33,344 nt of DNA from an uncultured Gudongella sp. (GCA_964390135.1 CAYMHD010000002.1:1-33344), one strand, 5' to 3'; positions 8,481 through 17,637 are shown, counted from the first letter of the stretch. Translations and numbers: made by a program. Notes: a model not told the origin generated them from the letters alone.

Positions 8481-8899
8481 TGGATATTCAAGTCAGAAGA
8501 GGGATGACAGAGTGTGAAAGGGAGCACGTTAGAAATCAACTGTTTCAGTTCAATGTAAGTGCTGCACCACCAGACCAGGGAGACTTAAGCAAGGAGATTA
8601 ATCTGATTCTGAGGGATGATGATAAGATTTATGGTGGCTTAATAGGTAAGATTTACAGAGGTTGCTTGTCAGTGGAAATCTTATGGATAAGTGAAGAAAA
8701 GAGAGGACTGGGCTATGGTGAGAGTTTGATGATGGAGGCTGAAAAAATTGCCCTATCAGAGAAATGCAGATTTATTCATCTTGATACCTTCAGTTTTCAA
8801 GCCCTGGAATTCTACAAGAAATTTGGATATGAGATTTTTGGTGTCCTTGAGGGATACCCAAATGGGATTAAGCGTTATTACATGAAAAAAGACTTGTAG
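8480..8899 (+). CDS. GNAT family N-acetyltransferase
   Basis: LWISEEKRGLGYG acetyl-CoA motif and LDTFSFQALEFYKKFGY. TAATG overlap with the RAYT stop. Confidence 0.9.
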   Translation: MDIQVRRGMTECEREHVRNQLFQFNVSAAPPDQGDLSKEINLILRDDDKIYGGLIGKIYRGCLSVEILWISEEKRGLGYGESLMMEAEKIALSEKCRFIHLDTFSFQALEFYKKFGYEIFGVLEGYPNGIKRYYMKKDL

Positions 8900-8961
8900 A
8901 ACATCCAGGCTGGTTGATTTTATTAAGTTTGTGTTTAATCTATTATATTGGAGGCATGAAC

Positions 8962-9858
8962 ATGGGAAGCTTTCATTTCAAGGAATCAAAAGGCATGGAC
9001 AAGGATTTGTATGAAGCCGTATCAGAGCTGGAAGAAATCTGCAGGAGCCAAGATGATGTAAGGTTGAAGCTTGAGCTTGACTACAAGCTTGCAAAGGCGG
9101 ACACTTCTGAGGGGAAGGATGATAGGCTGGATGAGTTCACCTGCTGGGATGGGGAGAGACTGATTGGATATTTGGGAATTGACGACTTTGGAGGGAGGTC
9201 CATAGAGGTAAACGGCATGGTCCATCCAGACTACAGGAGAAGGGGAATATTCAAGGAGCTTTATGCCCGTGTGAAAAGGGAATGGGAAAAAAGGACCTCG
9301 GATGAAATGCTTCTTCTGACTGACAGAAAATCAGAAGCTGGTAAAAGCTTCATGGAGGGTAAAGGGGCAAGTTACGATCATACCGAGTATGAGATGATAC
9401 TTTCTGACAGCCTCTTTGAAGGAGCGAAACATCCCACAAAGGGTTTGGTTTTAAGGGAAGCAACCAGTGACGATGCAAGGGAGATCGCAAGACAGAATTC
9501 CATATATTTCAACGAGGACCTTGATGATCAGGAGCTTCTGGACATTGACCTGGAAAAAAAGAGAGGCTTTCATGTATATATGGCCTTGTTTCAGGGTAAT
9601 ATCATAGGAAAGGTACATCTTCACCTGATAAATGGACAAGGAGGAATATTCGGTCTTGGAATTGTTCCCCAGTGGAGAGGCAAGGGACTTGGAAGAGACC
9701 TGCTGCTATTGTCTGTCCATAAGCTCAAGGAGCTTGGTGCCTCATACATATTCCTTCAGGTGGATGCTAAGAATGACACTGCACTTGGATTGTACCAGTC
9801 CTGTGGATTTGAGGAAAGCTATTCAATGGAGTACTATAAACTGAAAAGGGAAAGGTAG
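8962..9858 (+). CDS. Tandem-domain GNAT acetyltransferase
   Basis: Two A-motifs (VHPDYRRRGI, IVPQWRGKGLG) plus NDTALGLYQSCGF. RBS GGAGG before ATG 8962. Confidence 0.85.
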   Translation: MGSFHFKESKGMDKDLYEAVSELEEICRSQDDVRLKLELDYKLAKADTSEGKDDRLDEFTCWDGERLIGYLGIDDFGGRSIEVNGMVHPDYRRRGIFKELYARVKREWEKRTSDEMLLLTDRKSEAGKSFMEGKGASYDHTEYEMILSDSLFEGAKHPTKGLVLREATSDDAREIARQNSIYFNEDLDDQELLDIDLEKKRGFHVYMALFQGNIIGKVHLHLINGQGGIFGLGIVPQWRGKGLGRDLLLLSVHKLKELGASYIFLQVDAKNDTALGLYQSCGFEESYSMEYYKLKRER

Positions 9859-9867
9859 GGTGGATTG

Positions 9868-10776
9868 ATGGAAGTTGAAGGCAGAATAGTTGAGCTGAAC
9901 AATGAGAACATAAAGGATTTTACAGATTTTTGCAGAAAGCACAGGGACCAGGTGGATGATTCGCATCTTTATGAGGAGGATCTGAACAGCTTTGAGTACA
10001 GTCCTGAAAATCCTACATTCCTTTATATGGAAGGAAAGCAGGTTGTGGCAGCTGCATCCCTTATTATTGACGAGTATAACAGACGAGGTAACAGGGCAAG
10101 GTTTAGGATACTCTATTCAGAGAAGAACAACAGTGCCGTATATGATATTCTATTTCACAGGATACTTGTGCATGCCAAGGATCTCGAAAAGGTCTACCTT
10201 TTTGTTCCCTCATCAAATATTGAACTGATGGGAAGAATGGAGGACCTGGGCTTCAAGGCTGAAAGGTTTGTCTACCTTATGGTAAGGGACGACACTCCTG
10301 TACCTGAGGATAAAATCCCCGAAGGATACGAAATCAAGTCAGTTGAGCTGGATGAGGATTATGAAGGCTGGTGCAAGGTAAGAAACGAGGCATTTGCATT
10401 TGTTACAGGTAATGAGATTCCCGTATGCACTGAGATGATAATGACCTATTCCGACAAGGAGGACTATCTTCCAGGCGGCATGATGCTCCTAAGACATGAA
10501 GGCAAGCCAGTTGGAACCGTCAGGTGTATCAAGGATGAATACGAGGGGCAGGAGGTTGTGAATATCGGATCCCTGTCTGTTCTACCAGATTATCAGCACA
10601 AGGGACTTGGAAGCATGCTGCTTAGGGAAGCCATAAGGTTTGCCCATGAGTCCGGCTTTGAAAGAACCATACTTTCCGTAAACGAAAACAACAAGGGAGC
10701 AAGAAGCATTTATGACAGAGGCGGATTTATGGAAGTAGAGGGAGTTGTAAGCTACGAATACTATATTAACAGGTAG
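9868..10776 (+). CDS. GNAT family acetyltransferase (two-domain size)
   Basis: VLPDYQHKGLG and NKGARSIYDRGGF in the C-terminal half. Confidence 0.85.
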   Translation: MEVEGRIVELNNENIKDFTDFCRKHRDQVDDSHLYEEDLNSFEYSPENPTFLYMEGKQVVAAASLIIDEYNRRGNRARFRILYSEKNNSAVYDILFHRILVHAKDLEKVYLFVPSSNIELMGRMEDLGFKAERFVYLMVRDDTPVPEDKIPEGYEIKSVELDEDYEGWCKVRNEAFAFVTGNEIPVCTEMIMTYSDKEDYLPGGMMLLRHEGKPVGTVRCIKDEYEGQEVVNIGSLSVLPDYQHKGLGSMLLREAIRFAHESGFERTILSVNENNKGARSIYDRGGFMEVEGVVSYEYYINR

Positions 10777-10792
10777 ATGAATGACTAATAAT

Positions 10793-10823
10793 AGCCATGG
10801 GGTCTTACGCCCTGTGGCTTTTA
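10793..10823 (+). terminator. Intrinsic terminator after the GNAT cluster
   Basis: AGCCATGGGG-TCTTACG-CCCTGTGGCT stem (with G-U pairs) followed by a T tract. Confidence 0.6.
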
Positions 10824-10902
10824 TAATTTGTTGAAAATGGCTGAAAACTAGGGTACAATGGACACGAAAGCAGAAAGCCAAAAGCATAACCGGAGGTGCA
10901 CA

Positions 10903-12345
10903 ATGAAGCTGCCTAATAACCTTATAGCCCTTGTCATAAAGAGGCTGCTGTTCTTTACACTGCCAATAGTAATTGTCCTGTATATCCTGTATGAGATAGT
11001 CCTGGGATATGAGATGGAAAATCTGTGGAGGACCCTTATTCCCTATCTTGCCATAGTCACAATTGCAACAATAGGCAGCTATACCAACAAGTCTAAAGAG
11101 GAAGTCCTGGAGGATGTGGACTGGCTGGAGAAGCTCCAAAACAACACCAGGTGGAGAATTGTTGAAAATGGTGAAGAGAAGCTGATACTTAAGCCCAGAT
11201 TTGATTTTCCCTACAATATACTCAGCAAGGGGAAAATAACTATGGGCTACTCTGATGAAAAAGCGACAATTGAGGGTCCCCGCTACTATGTTGACCAGCT
11301 GGCCAAGGATCTGAGGGGAAAAACCAGCAAATGGATAAGGAGAATTTCATCATTTGGAGCCTTCATATTAGTCATAGTAATAATCTCAATACCGGTGGTC
11401 TTTGAGTCTGGAATGTACTGGGATATGAAGATAAAATATCACAACTACACCATGAGAAATATGGATCAGATTGAGCTAGGGCAAGGAGTAGTGGGAAACA
11501 CTGTGGACAACACCAACAATTACGGCTTTGGGGTGGAGACTGAGGATTATTTTATATATGTTGAGGACCATATGAACCTGGTTAAGGTAGACAAGGACTT
11601 CCAATCGAAGGACTACCTGATCCAAAAGAGCGGGGGAAGCGGAGTCAGCAGGCTAAATGTGGCTGGAGACTGGGTCTTCTATTCCAGCGGCGAATCCTAC
11701 AACAGGATGAGGCTTGATGGTACGGAGGATCAGACCATCTACAGTCAGGGCTATGTTATGGAGCCACACATTATTGGAGAATGGATCTATTTTGTGAACT
11801 TCCATGACAACAACAATGTATACAGGATGAACCTGAACGGTCAAAATCTGGAGCGATTTATCAGAGAGAAGGTCTCAGACCTGGCAGTATATGATAATCG
11901 CCTTTTCTATAGCCATATGGAGGGTGAAATGGGTAATGTGGAAAGCGTCCGTGTGGACGGTGAGGACAGAAGGCTTGAGTTTAAAACGGACAGCTCTGTA
12001 AGGAATCTTTCCAGGTGGGGAGATTACTGGTACTATATGAATGAGGACTACAGACTCATAAGGACAGATGGAAAGGACCCTTATATATATCAGGTTCCAA
12101 TTGATGACAATGTCTCAACCTATATCATCACCGAAGTGGGAATTTTCTACTCCCTCCATGGTGAGGAGGTGGGCTATCCAGGGGATGGCCTTTACAGAAT
12201 GGACCACTTTGGCCTGGACAAGACCCCTGTTTCAGACACAGAAAGGGTTGAGGGCCTGGCCTATCTTGGGGACTGGTTGATCTACCATGCATCAGATGAC
12301 AGAATGCCTCCAGATATAAAAATGATAGACCTGGATTCAAATTAG
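10903..12345 (+). CDS. Membrane protein with a C-terminal DUF5050-like beta-propeller domain
   Basis: Three TM segments, then GNTVDNTNNYG and repeated W-I/V-Y/F-Y/F...YRM.LDG blades. RBS GGAGGTG before ATG 10903. Confidence 0.75.
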   Translation: MKLPNNLIALVIKRLLFFTLPIVIVLYILYEIVLGYEMENLWRTLIPYLAIVTIATIGSYTNKSKEEVLEDVDWLEKLQNNTRWRIVENGEEKLILKPRFDFPYNILSKGKITMGYSDEKATIEGPRYYVDQLAKDLRGKTSKWIRRISSFGAFILVIVIISIPVVFESGMYWDMKIKYHNYTMRNMDQIELGQGVVGNTVDNTNNYGFGVETEDYFIYVEDHMNLVKVDKDFQSKDYLIQKSGGSGVSRLNVAGDWVFYSSGESYNRMRLDGTEDQTIYSQGYVMEPHIIGEWIYFVNFHDNNNVYRMNLNGQNLERFIREKVSDLAVYDNRLFYSHMEGEMGNVESVRVDGEDRRLEFKTDSSVRNLSRWGDYWYYMNEDYRLIRTDGKDPYIYQVPIDDNVSTYIITEVGIFYSLHGEEVGYPGDGLYRMDHFGLDKTPVSDTERVEGLAYLGDWLIYHASDDRMPPDIKMIDLDSN

Positions 12346-12362
12346 AAATTCTATAGGGACAG

Positions 12363-12400
12363 AAAAATCCCCCGGTCCGAAATAGGATCGGGGGATTTTT
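12363..12400. terminator. Bidirectional intrinsic terminator
   Basis: AAAAATCCCCCGGTCC-GAAATA-GGATCGGGGGATTTTT between convergent genes. Confidence 0.85.
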
Positions 12401-12402
12401 CA

Positions 12403-12780
12403 CTAGAATGTTGTTTTAACCTCAAACTCCGGTGGAGTCATCATGTGTTTTTTCACTGAGCAAAGCTCAATAGAGTTTATGAGAGCCTTCTCGTATTTTG
12501 TCGGGAAGCCTTCTGGAAGCTTCACATCATAGATTACCTTGCTGATCATACCAGTCTGTCTGTTCATTTCAAGGTCCATTGAAATATCAAGACCCTCCGT
12601 GCTGATACCCTTGTTCTTACAGAAACCCAGTGCGAATATTCCTGCACAGGTTGCCATTGAGCCCAGGAAGAGCTCGAAGGGTGTCGGATCACTACCACCC
12701 TGGTCGGTTTTTATAAGGTGTCTTGAGGATCTTGCATCGACCCTTAGGCCACCTGGAAATTCTACCTTCATAAAGGACAT
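12403..12780 (-). CDS. OsmC family protein
   Basis: TDQ..PTPFELFLGSMATC plus a second Cys in ELCSVKKH. Confidence 0.85.
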   Translation of the reverse strand: MSFMKVEFPGGLRVDARSSRHLIKTDQGGSDPTPFELFLGSMATCAGIFALGFCKNKGISTEGLDISMDLEMNRQTGMISKVIYDVKLPEGFPTKYEKALINSIELCSVKKHMMTPPEFEVKTTF

Positions 12781-12830
12781 TTTATCACTCCATCTAATAA
12801 TTTTTTCAATATGAACACATTATACCACAA

Positions 12831-12845
12831 TACCCCTAGGGGGTA
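12831..12845. promoter_or_regulatory. CsoR/RcnR/CstR-like operator inside the osmC promoter
   Basis: TACCCC-TAG-GGGGTA palindrome. On the minus strand it sits in TTTACC-N17-TATAAT (extended -10 TGGTATAAT; -10 at 12819-12824). Confidence 0.6.
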
Positions 12846-12945
12846 AAGGATTATTTTATCTACATTTTAATTTACTAACTTAGCACCACCTAAATGGGGT
12901 ATATCTAATGTATGGAAGTGTTAGAAATACAAGGAGGTGTAGGTA

Positions 12946-13506
12946 ATGAAGATAGATTTTAACCCCTTTCCAGAATTGGAGACCGAGAGGCTGATCCTCA
13001 GAAAGCTTATGGAGGAAGAGGACATGTATGACGTGTTCAACATGAGAAAGGATCCCTCAATGCACGAGTATACAGATACCAGACCGGATGAAGACCTTGA
13101 GGATTCCATTGACTACATCAGGCGGATGAACCAGGGTATTGATGAGAACAAGTGGATAGTGTGGGGCCTCCAGGATAAGGAATCTGGAAGGATCATAGGA
13201 ACCATAAGCATATGGAACATCTACCCTGATGAGGAGAAGGCTGAGCTCGGCTTTGGGATCGTTCCTGAATCCAGGGGAAAGGGAATAATGACAGAGGGAT
13301 TGAGAGAGGTTGTGGACTATTCCTTTAAGGAGGCAAACTTCAAGAAGCTGGAGGCCTTCACAGAGGAGAGCAATGCAAAGTCCATTAGCGTCCTACAAAG
13401 ATGCGGATTCATTGAGGATAGAAGGGTGATGGACCAAAGCCCATTTGATGGGAAGGAATACAAGATGGTTGTCTACAGAAGGACCCATCCTGACCTGGTG
13501 GATTGA
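12946..13506 (+). CDS. RimJ/RimL-type GNAT acetyltransferase
   Basis: FPELETERLILR, AELGF..SRGKGIMTE, SNAKSISVLQRCGF; RBS AGGAGG. Confidence 0.9.
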   Translation: MKIDFNPFPELETERLILRKLMEEEDMYDVFNMRKDPSMHEYTDTRPDEDLEDSIDYIRRMNQGIDENKWIVWGLQDKESGRIIGTISIWNIYPDEEKAELGFGIVPESRGKGIMTEGLREVVDYSFKEANFKKLEAFTEESNAKSISVLQRCGFIEDRRVMDQSPFDGKEYKMVVYRRTHPDLVD

Positions 13507-13576
13507 TTTAGCCCTTGATTTTTCTTGAGCATAGGAGTAATATCTAGTTGGTTAATAATTTTACAAGTAGATGGAA

Positions 13577-13607
13577 TGAGTCAAAAAGAACCGTCCCCAT
13601 TGACTCA
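13577..13607 (-). repeat. REP-like palindrome, copy 3 (solo)
   Basis: 13575-13608 is the exact 34-bp reverse complement of 7583-7616. Confidence 0.9.
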
Positions 13608-13625
13608 AGGAAAGAGGTGAAGCAT

Positions 13626-14123
13626 TTGAAATCAAAGACTGTGGATCAATCCAAGGTGAGCGTTGGACACCTTATGCAGCCTGATCAGGCCAATATTGAA
13701 GGGAATGTTCATGGCGGAGAGGTGATGAAGCTAATGGACAGCTGTGCTGGCATAGTTGCCAGAAGGCATTCAAGAAGAAATACCGTTACTGCCATGGTGG
13801 ATGAGCTTGAGTTCATGGAAGCCATCCATGTGGGAGAGCTTGTCACCTGCTATGGACAGCTGACCTATGTTGGCAAGCAATCAATGGAGGTTCTGGTAAC
13901 AGTAACCGTGGAGGACCTTCAGCTAAGCCAGCCTCCAAAGGTTGCCCTGACCGCATATTTTACAATGGTGGCCCTTGATATAAACGGAGATCCAACTGCG
14001 GTGCCAGAGCTTGAACTGAGAACAGATGAAGAAAGAAGACTATATGAGGAAGGCGAGAAGAGATACCTTAGACATAAAAGGAACAGACAAAAGAGAAAAG
14101 AGAAAGAGAAGGCTGAACAATAA
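13626..14123 (+). CDS. Acyl-CoA thioesterase (hotdog fold, YciA-like)
   Basis: ANIEGNVHGGEVMKLMD, VGKQSMEV, AYFTMVALD. Start probably TTG 13626 (RBS GAGGTG). Confidence 0.9.
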   Translation: MKSKTVDQSKVSVGHLMQPDQANIEGNVHGGEVMKLMDSCAGIVARRHSRRNTVTAMVDELEFMEAIHVGELVTCYGQLTYVGKQSMEVLVTVTVEDLQLSQPPKVALTAYFTMVALDINGDPTAVPELELRTDEERRLYEEGEKRYLRHKRNRQKRKEKEKAEQ

Positions 14124-14142
14124 TAGCCTTCTCTTTCTCTTT
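14097..14142. terminator. 18-bp perfect inverted repeat between convergent genes
   Basis: AAAGAGAAAGAGAAGGCT-N10-AGCCTTCTCTTTCTCTTT. Confidence 0.7.
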
Positions 14143-14858
14143 CACCTTAAAATCCTCATCCTGTAGGAATTCATGGCTGTTTCGCTGAGTTTTTTTAGAA
14201 GCTTGTTGTTGACATAGCTACCTACAAGGGCCCCCACTACAGGAAGCATCTGAAGCAGCTTTGCAATGTCGAGATAATCCCGGTATTCCTGCTGAAAATC
14301 CCTCCATTCAAAATCATCCAGATTTTCAGGGAGGCTGTTTACATATTCCTGCCAGTTCTCCATCCTCTGGAATACCTTGTTAACATGCCTCTTGCTTGAA
14401 AATGCCAATTGAAAGATATGAAGAATGTAGAGTCTCTCCCTATAGTCGTTTACATCAAAGCCATAGATTGCAGCCACCTCGAAGAGAAACCTCATCTTGA
14501 TGCCCATAAGAAGTGGAAAATCCGCTAGACCTGCCATAAAGCCCCCAGCTCCTGTAGCCGCTCCTTCAATGGTGGCGGTGGCTGTATACATCTTCGTCTT
14601 GTCCCTAAGGATCCGCTCCCTTTCCTTGAGAGTGTATCCTGCAAGAGGGGGATTCACTCCAAACTTGGACCCATAGAGGGTGGCCTTTGTCATGTTCTTA
14701 ATTGCTCCGGTAACAAACTCGTGGTATTTTTCAGGCAACAATGAGTTTATCTTCCTTTGCGTTCCCTTGGATATGCTTTGAACAATGGAGGGCCTCCTTC
14801 TCATTACTCCCATCCAATGGAGCATTTCCCTTTCAGCCCAACCTTCATATGAAAACAT
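14142..14858 (-). CDS. EcsC family protein
   Basis: EGAATGAGG..ADFPLL..K.RFLFE.A..YG, WRDFQQEYRDYLD.AKLLQ. Confidence 0.85.
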   Translation of the reverse strand: MFSYEGWAEREMLHWMGVMRRRPSIVQSISKGTQRKINSLLPEKYHEFVTGAIKNMTKATLYGSKFGVNPPLAGYTLKERERILRDKTKMYTATATIEGAATGAGGFMAGLADFPLLMGIKMRFLFEVAAIYGFDVNDYRERLYILHIFQLAFSSKRHVNKVFQRMENWQEYVNSLPENLDDFEWRDFQQEYRDYLDIAKLLQMLPVVGALVGSYVNNKLLKKLSETAMNSYRMRILR

Positions 14859-15019
14859 AAAATCACCAATCCCATCTCAATGTTTCAAATCTGATTAAAA
14901 ATACTATCAATTTCCTGTATAATACTATTATAGCAAGATTAATATGAAATTTTATTCATTACAATAAAATAATTTTCATGCAGCAGAATTTGGTCGAAAG
15001 ACAGGAAGGGGGATTTAAC

Positions 15020-15787
15020 ATGATATTTTATTTCACTGGCACGGGAAATAGTCTCTATGCAGCAAATACACTAGGCAATGCGCTGGGTGAAGAGGTGAAG
15101 AGCATACCAGATTACATAAACTCCAATAATGGGAAAGTAAATATCGGGAAAGGTGAATTGCTGGGATTGGTGTTCCCGGTTTACTACTATTCGCTTCCTA
15201 CACTTGTTCAGGATTTTTTGGAGAAGCTGGAAATCAAAATGGAGGAGGGGGCAAGGTGCTTTATACTTGCAACCTGTGGAGCCACCACTGGGGATTCCAC
15301 CAAAACAGCCAAGGATATCCTGAAGAGGAAGGGAATTGGTACGGATTTTGTTTTTGCAATGGAGATGCCTGACAACTATATTCTATTGTATGATGTTCAG
15401 AACAGGGAGAAGCAGGAAAGAATGCTGACAAGCAGCAGGGATTCGCTGGAAGGCATGGTCCAGCTTATGGAGGAGGACAAGAGGGGAGACTACAATGAAA
15501 TAAAGGGACCAATGCCCGGGATGATGACCATGCTGGCAGGAGCACTTTACAGGAGGGGTAGAGGGACCAGGAAATTCCATGTGACGGACTCCTGTACTAG
15601 CTGTAACCTTTGTGAGGAAATCTGCCCCGTGAATGCCATTGAAATGCGGGAAGGAAAACCCGTCTGGGTAAAGGAAAGGTGTGTTCACTGCCTGGCCTGC
15701 ATCCATAGATGTCCAGTCAGTGCAATTCAATATGGCGGCAGGACAAGTTCAAGAGGAAGATATGTAAATCCCCTGTCTGGACTTTAG
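15020..15787 (+). CDS. EFR1 family ferrodoxin (flavodoxin-like domain + 2x[4Fe-4S])
   Basis: MIFYFTGTGNS, FPVY, MPDNY, CTSCNLCEEICP, CVHCLACIHRCP. Start ATG 15020. Confidence 0.9.
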   Translation: MIFYFTGTGNSLYAANTLGNALGEEVKSIPDYINSNNGKVNIGKGELLGLVFPVYYYSLPTLVQDFLEKLEIKMEEGARCFILATCGATTGDSTKTAKDILKRKGIGTDFVFAMEMPDNYILLYDVQNREKQERMLTSSRDSLEGMVQLMEEDKRGDYNEIKGPMPGMMTMLAGALYRRGRGTRKFHVTDSCTSCNLCEEICPVNAIEMREGKPVWVKERCVHCLACIHRCPVSAIQYGGRTSSRGRYVNPLSGL

Positions 15788-15791
15788 GAGA

Positions 15792-15806
15792 TGATTTCAG
15801 AAAATT
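15792..15806 (+). promoter_or_regulatory. Possible CodY box upstream of the amino-acid symporter
   Basis: TGATTTCAGAAAATT matches 12/15 positions of AATTTTCWGAAAATT. Confidence 0.4.
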
Positions 15807-15957
15807 TGAAACAGTGAGGAAGATTAAGAATTGTTAAGAATGGCTTAAAAGGTTGTAATCCGATTGATAAAATGTTAACTTAATAGGGCAAATTACATAA
15901 CATTCACCTGGAATTAGCCAGGTGGATTTTATGATAAAAGACATAAGGAGGAAACAT

Positions 15958-17133
15958 ATGAAAAAAATCGGACTACTGCCTAGGCTAATAATCGCCATCA
16001 TATTAGGTATCTTATTCGGAATGGTATTACCTGAGCCGGGAGTTAGGGTATTTGCAACCTTTAACGGTATATTTGGCAATTTCCTCGGTTTCGCAATTCC
16101 ACTGATCATCCTTGGATTTGTTGCACCGGGAATCGGAGACCTTGGAAAGGGAGCTGGAAGGGTACTTGCAGTTACTGCGGGTCTTGCCTACACTTCAACT
16201 GTACTTGCAGGTACAATGGCATTCTTTGCAAACACAGCAATCCTACCTTCCTTTATTACAGAGGGGGCACTTTCAACGGAGCTTGCTGAAGAGGGAGCTG
16301 CAGCCGCAGCATTTATTGAGGTTTCCATACCACCAGTTATGGGAGTTATGACAGCTTTGATTCTTGCATTCACAATCGGCATTGGTATTGCCGCCACTGG
16401 ATCAAAGACCATAAAATCACTTATGGACGAGTTCCAGGCAATAATCAGCAAAATGATATCAGATATTATCATTCCTTTGCTGCCACTCCACATTATGGGC
16501 ATCTTTGCAAACCTGACATACTCAGGACAGGTATTCCAGATACTAAGCGTATTCTCAAGGGTCTTTGTACTTGTAATAGTGCTTCATATGACTGTAATAA
16601 TACTTCAGTACCTGATTGCAGGGACACTTGCAGGGGCAAACCCGTTCAGACTGATCAGAACTATGATACCGGCATACTTTACAGCAATAGGTACACAGTC
16701 ATCAGCAGCGACAATTCCTGTAACTCTTGCACAGACCAAGAAAAACGGAGTAAACGAGGGTGTAGCTGATTTTGCAATACCACTTTCAGCCACGATTCAC
16801 CTTTCAGGAAGCACCATTACACTTGTAAGCTGTTCAATAGCAATCATGCTCATATCAGGGATGCCACTATCCTTTGGAACCTACATTGGCTTTATAATGG
16901 CACTTGGAGTAACAATGGTTGCTGCACCTGGAGTACCAGGAGGAGCTGTTATGGCTGCAATAGGACTTCTTCAGAGCATGCTGGGCTTTGATGCAACCCT
17001 GACATCACTTATGATAGCCCTTTATCTTGCACAGGACAGCTTTGGAACTGCATGTAACGTAACAGGTGATGGAGCAATAGCAATACTTGTAAACAAGTTT
17101 TCAGGACACAAGCTACAACCAACTGCAGAATAA
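15958..17133 (+). CDS. Dicarboxylate/amino acid:cation symporter (SDF/DAACS family, SstT-like)
   Basis: TQSSAATIP, APGVPGG, DSFGTACNVTGD motifs; RBS AAGGAGG before ATG 15958. Confidence 0.9.
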   Translation: MKKIGLLPRLIIAIILGILFGMVLPEPGVRVFATFNGIFGNFLGFAIPLIILGFVAPGIGDLGKGAGRVLAVTAGLAYTSTVLAGTMAFFANTAILPSFITEGALSTELAEEGAAAAAFIEVSIPPVMGVMTALILAFTIGIGIAATGSKTIKSLMDEFQAIISKMISDIIIPLLPLHIMGIFANLTYSGQVFQILSVFSRVFVLVIVLHMTVIILQYLIAGTLAGANPFRLIRTMIPAYFTAIGTQSSAATIPVTLAQTKKNGVNEGVADFAIPLSATIHLSGSTITLVSCSIAIMLISGMPLSFGTYIGFIMALGVTMVAAPGVPGGAVMAAIGLLQSMLGFDATLTSLMIALYLAQDSFGTACNVTGDGAIAILVNKFSGHKLQPTAE

Positions 17134-17140
17134 TTGAAAC

Positions 17141-17166
17141 AACGCCTTCTTCGGAGGGCGTTTTTT
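17141..17166 (+). terminator. Intrinsic terminator
   Basis: AACGCCTTC-TTCG-GAGGGCGTT followed by a T run. Confidence 0.85.
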
Positions 17167-17220
17167 GTTGTATAATGGGTAGTAGTACAGTAAATCGATA
17201 ATAAGAAGAAGGAGGAGCCT

Positions 17221-17637
17221 ATGAAATCATACAGAAAGGAATTGACCTTCAATATAAACAGCAGGAGAGGCTTTGTAAACATAACACCCCAGGTGGAGGA
17301 AGCCTTGAGGGAAAGCGGAATAAGGGAGGGAATACTCCTATGCAACCCAATGCACATAACTGCAAGTGTTTTTATAAACGATGATGAGAGTGGTCTTCAT
17401 AGGGATTTTGAAAGACTCTTGGAAAGGCTTGCTCCCGAAAAGCCCCACAGTCAATATGACCACAATGGTTTTGAGGACAATGCGGATGCTCATCTCAAAA
17501 GAACCCTAATGGGCAGGGAAGCCGTTGTGGCAGTGACAAAGGGGAGGCTTGATTTTGGAACCTGGGAGCAGATATTCTATGGTGAGTTTGACGGGATGCG
17601 ACCCAAGAGGGTCTTGGTAAAGATTATTGGAGAGTAG
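17221..17637 (+). CDS. yjbQ: YjbQ/UPF0047 family protein (secondary thiamine-phosphate synthase)
   Basis: [35 protein letters not shown]. Confidence 0.9.
   Translation: MKSYRKELTFNINSRRGFVNITPQVEEALRESGIREGILLCNPMHITASVFINDDESGLHRDFERLLERLAPEKPHSQYDHNGFEDNADAHLKRTLMGREAVVAVTKGRLDFGTWEQIFYGEFDGMRPKRVLVKIIGE

Noticed and set aside
12680-12712. Apparently shortened TDQ-GG loop in OsmC
   Set aside because: In frame with both Cys retained; cannot be distinguished from normal family variation without an alignment.
7584-13607. REP copies as a CRISPR array or as ends of a 6-kb composite transposon
   Set aside because: Only three dispersed copies, no regular spacers and no cas genes. Y1 HUH enzymes do not use terminal inverted repeats as DDE transposases do, and no target duplication is evident; mobilisation of the interval cannot be supported.
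13548-13625. N-terminal extension of the thioesterase sharing NESKRTVP.DS with the RAYT C-terminus
   Set aside because: The shared peptide is just the translated REP; the RBS supports a start at 13626 (or 13617).
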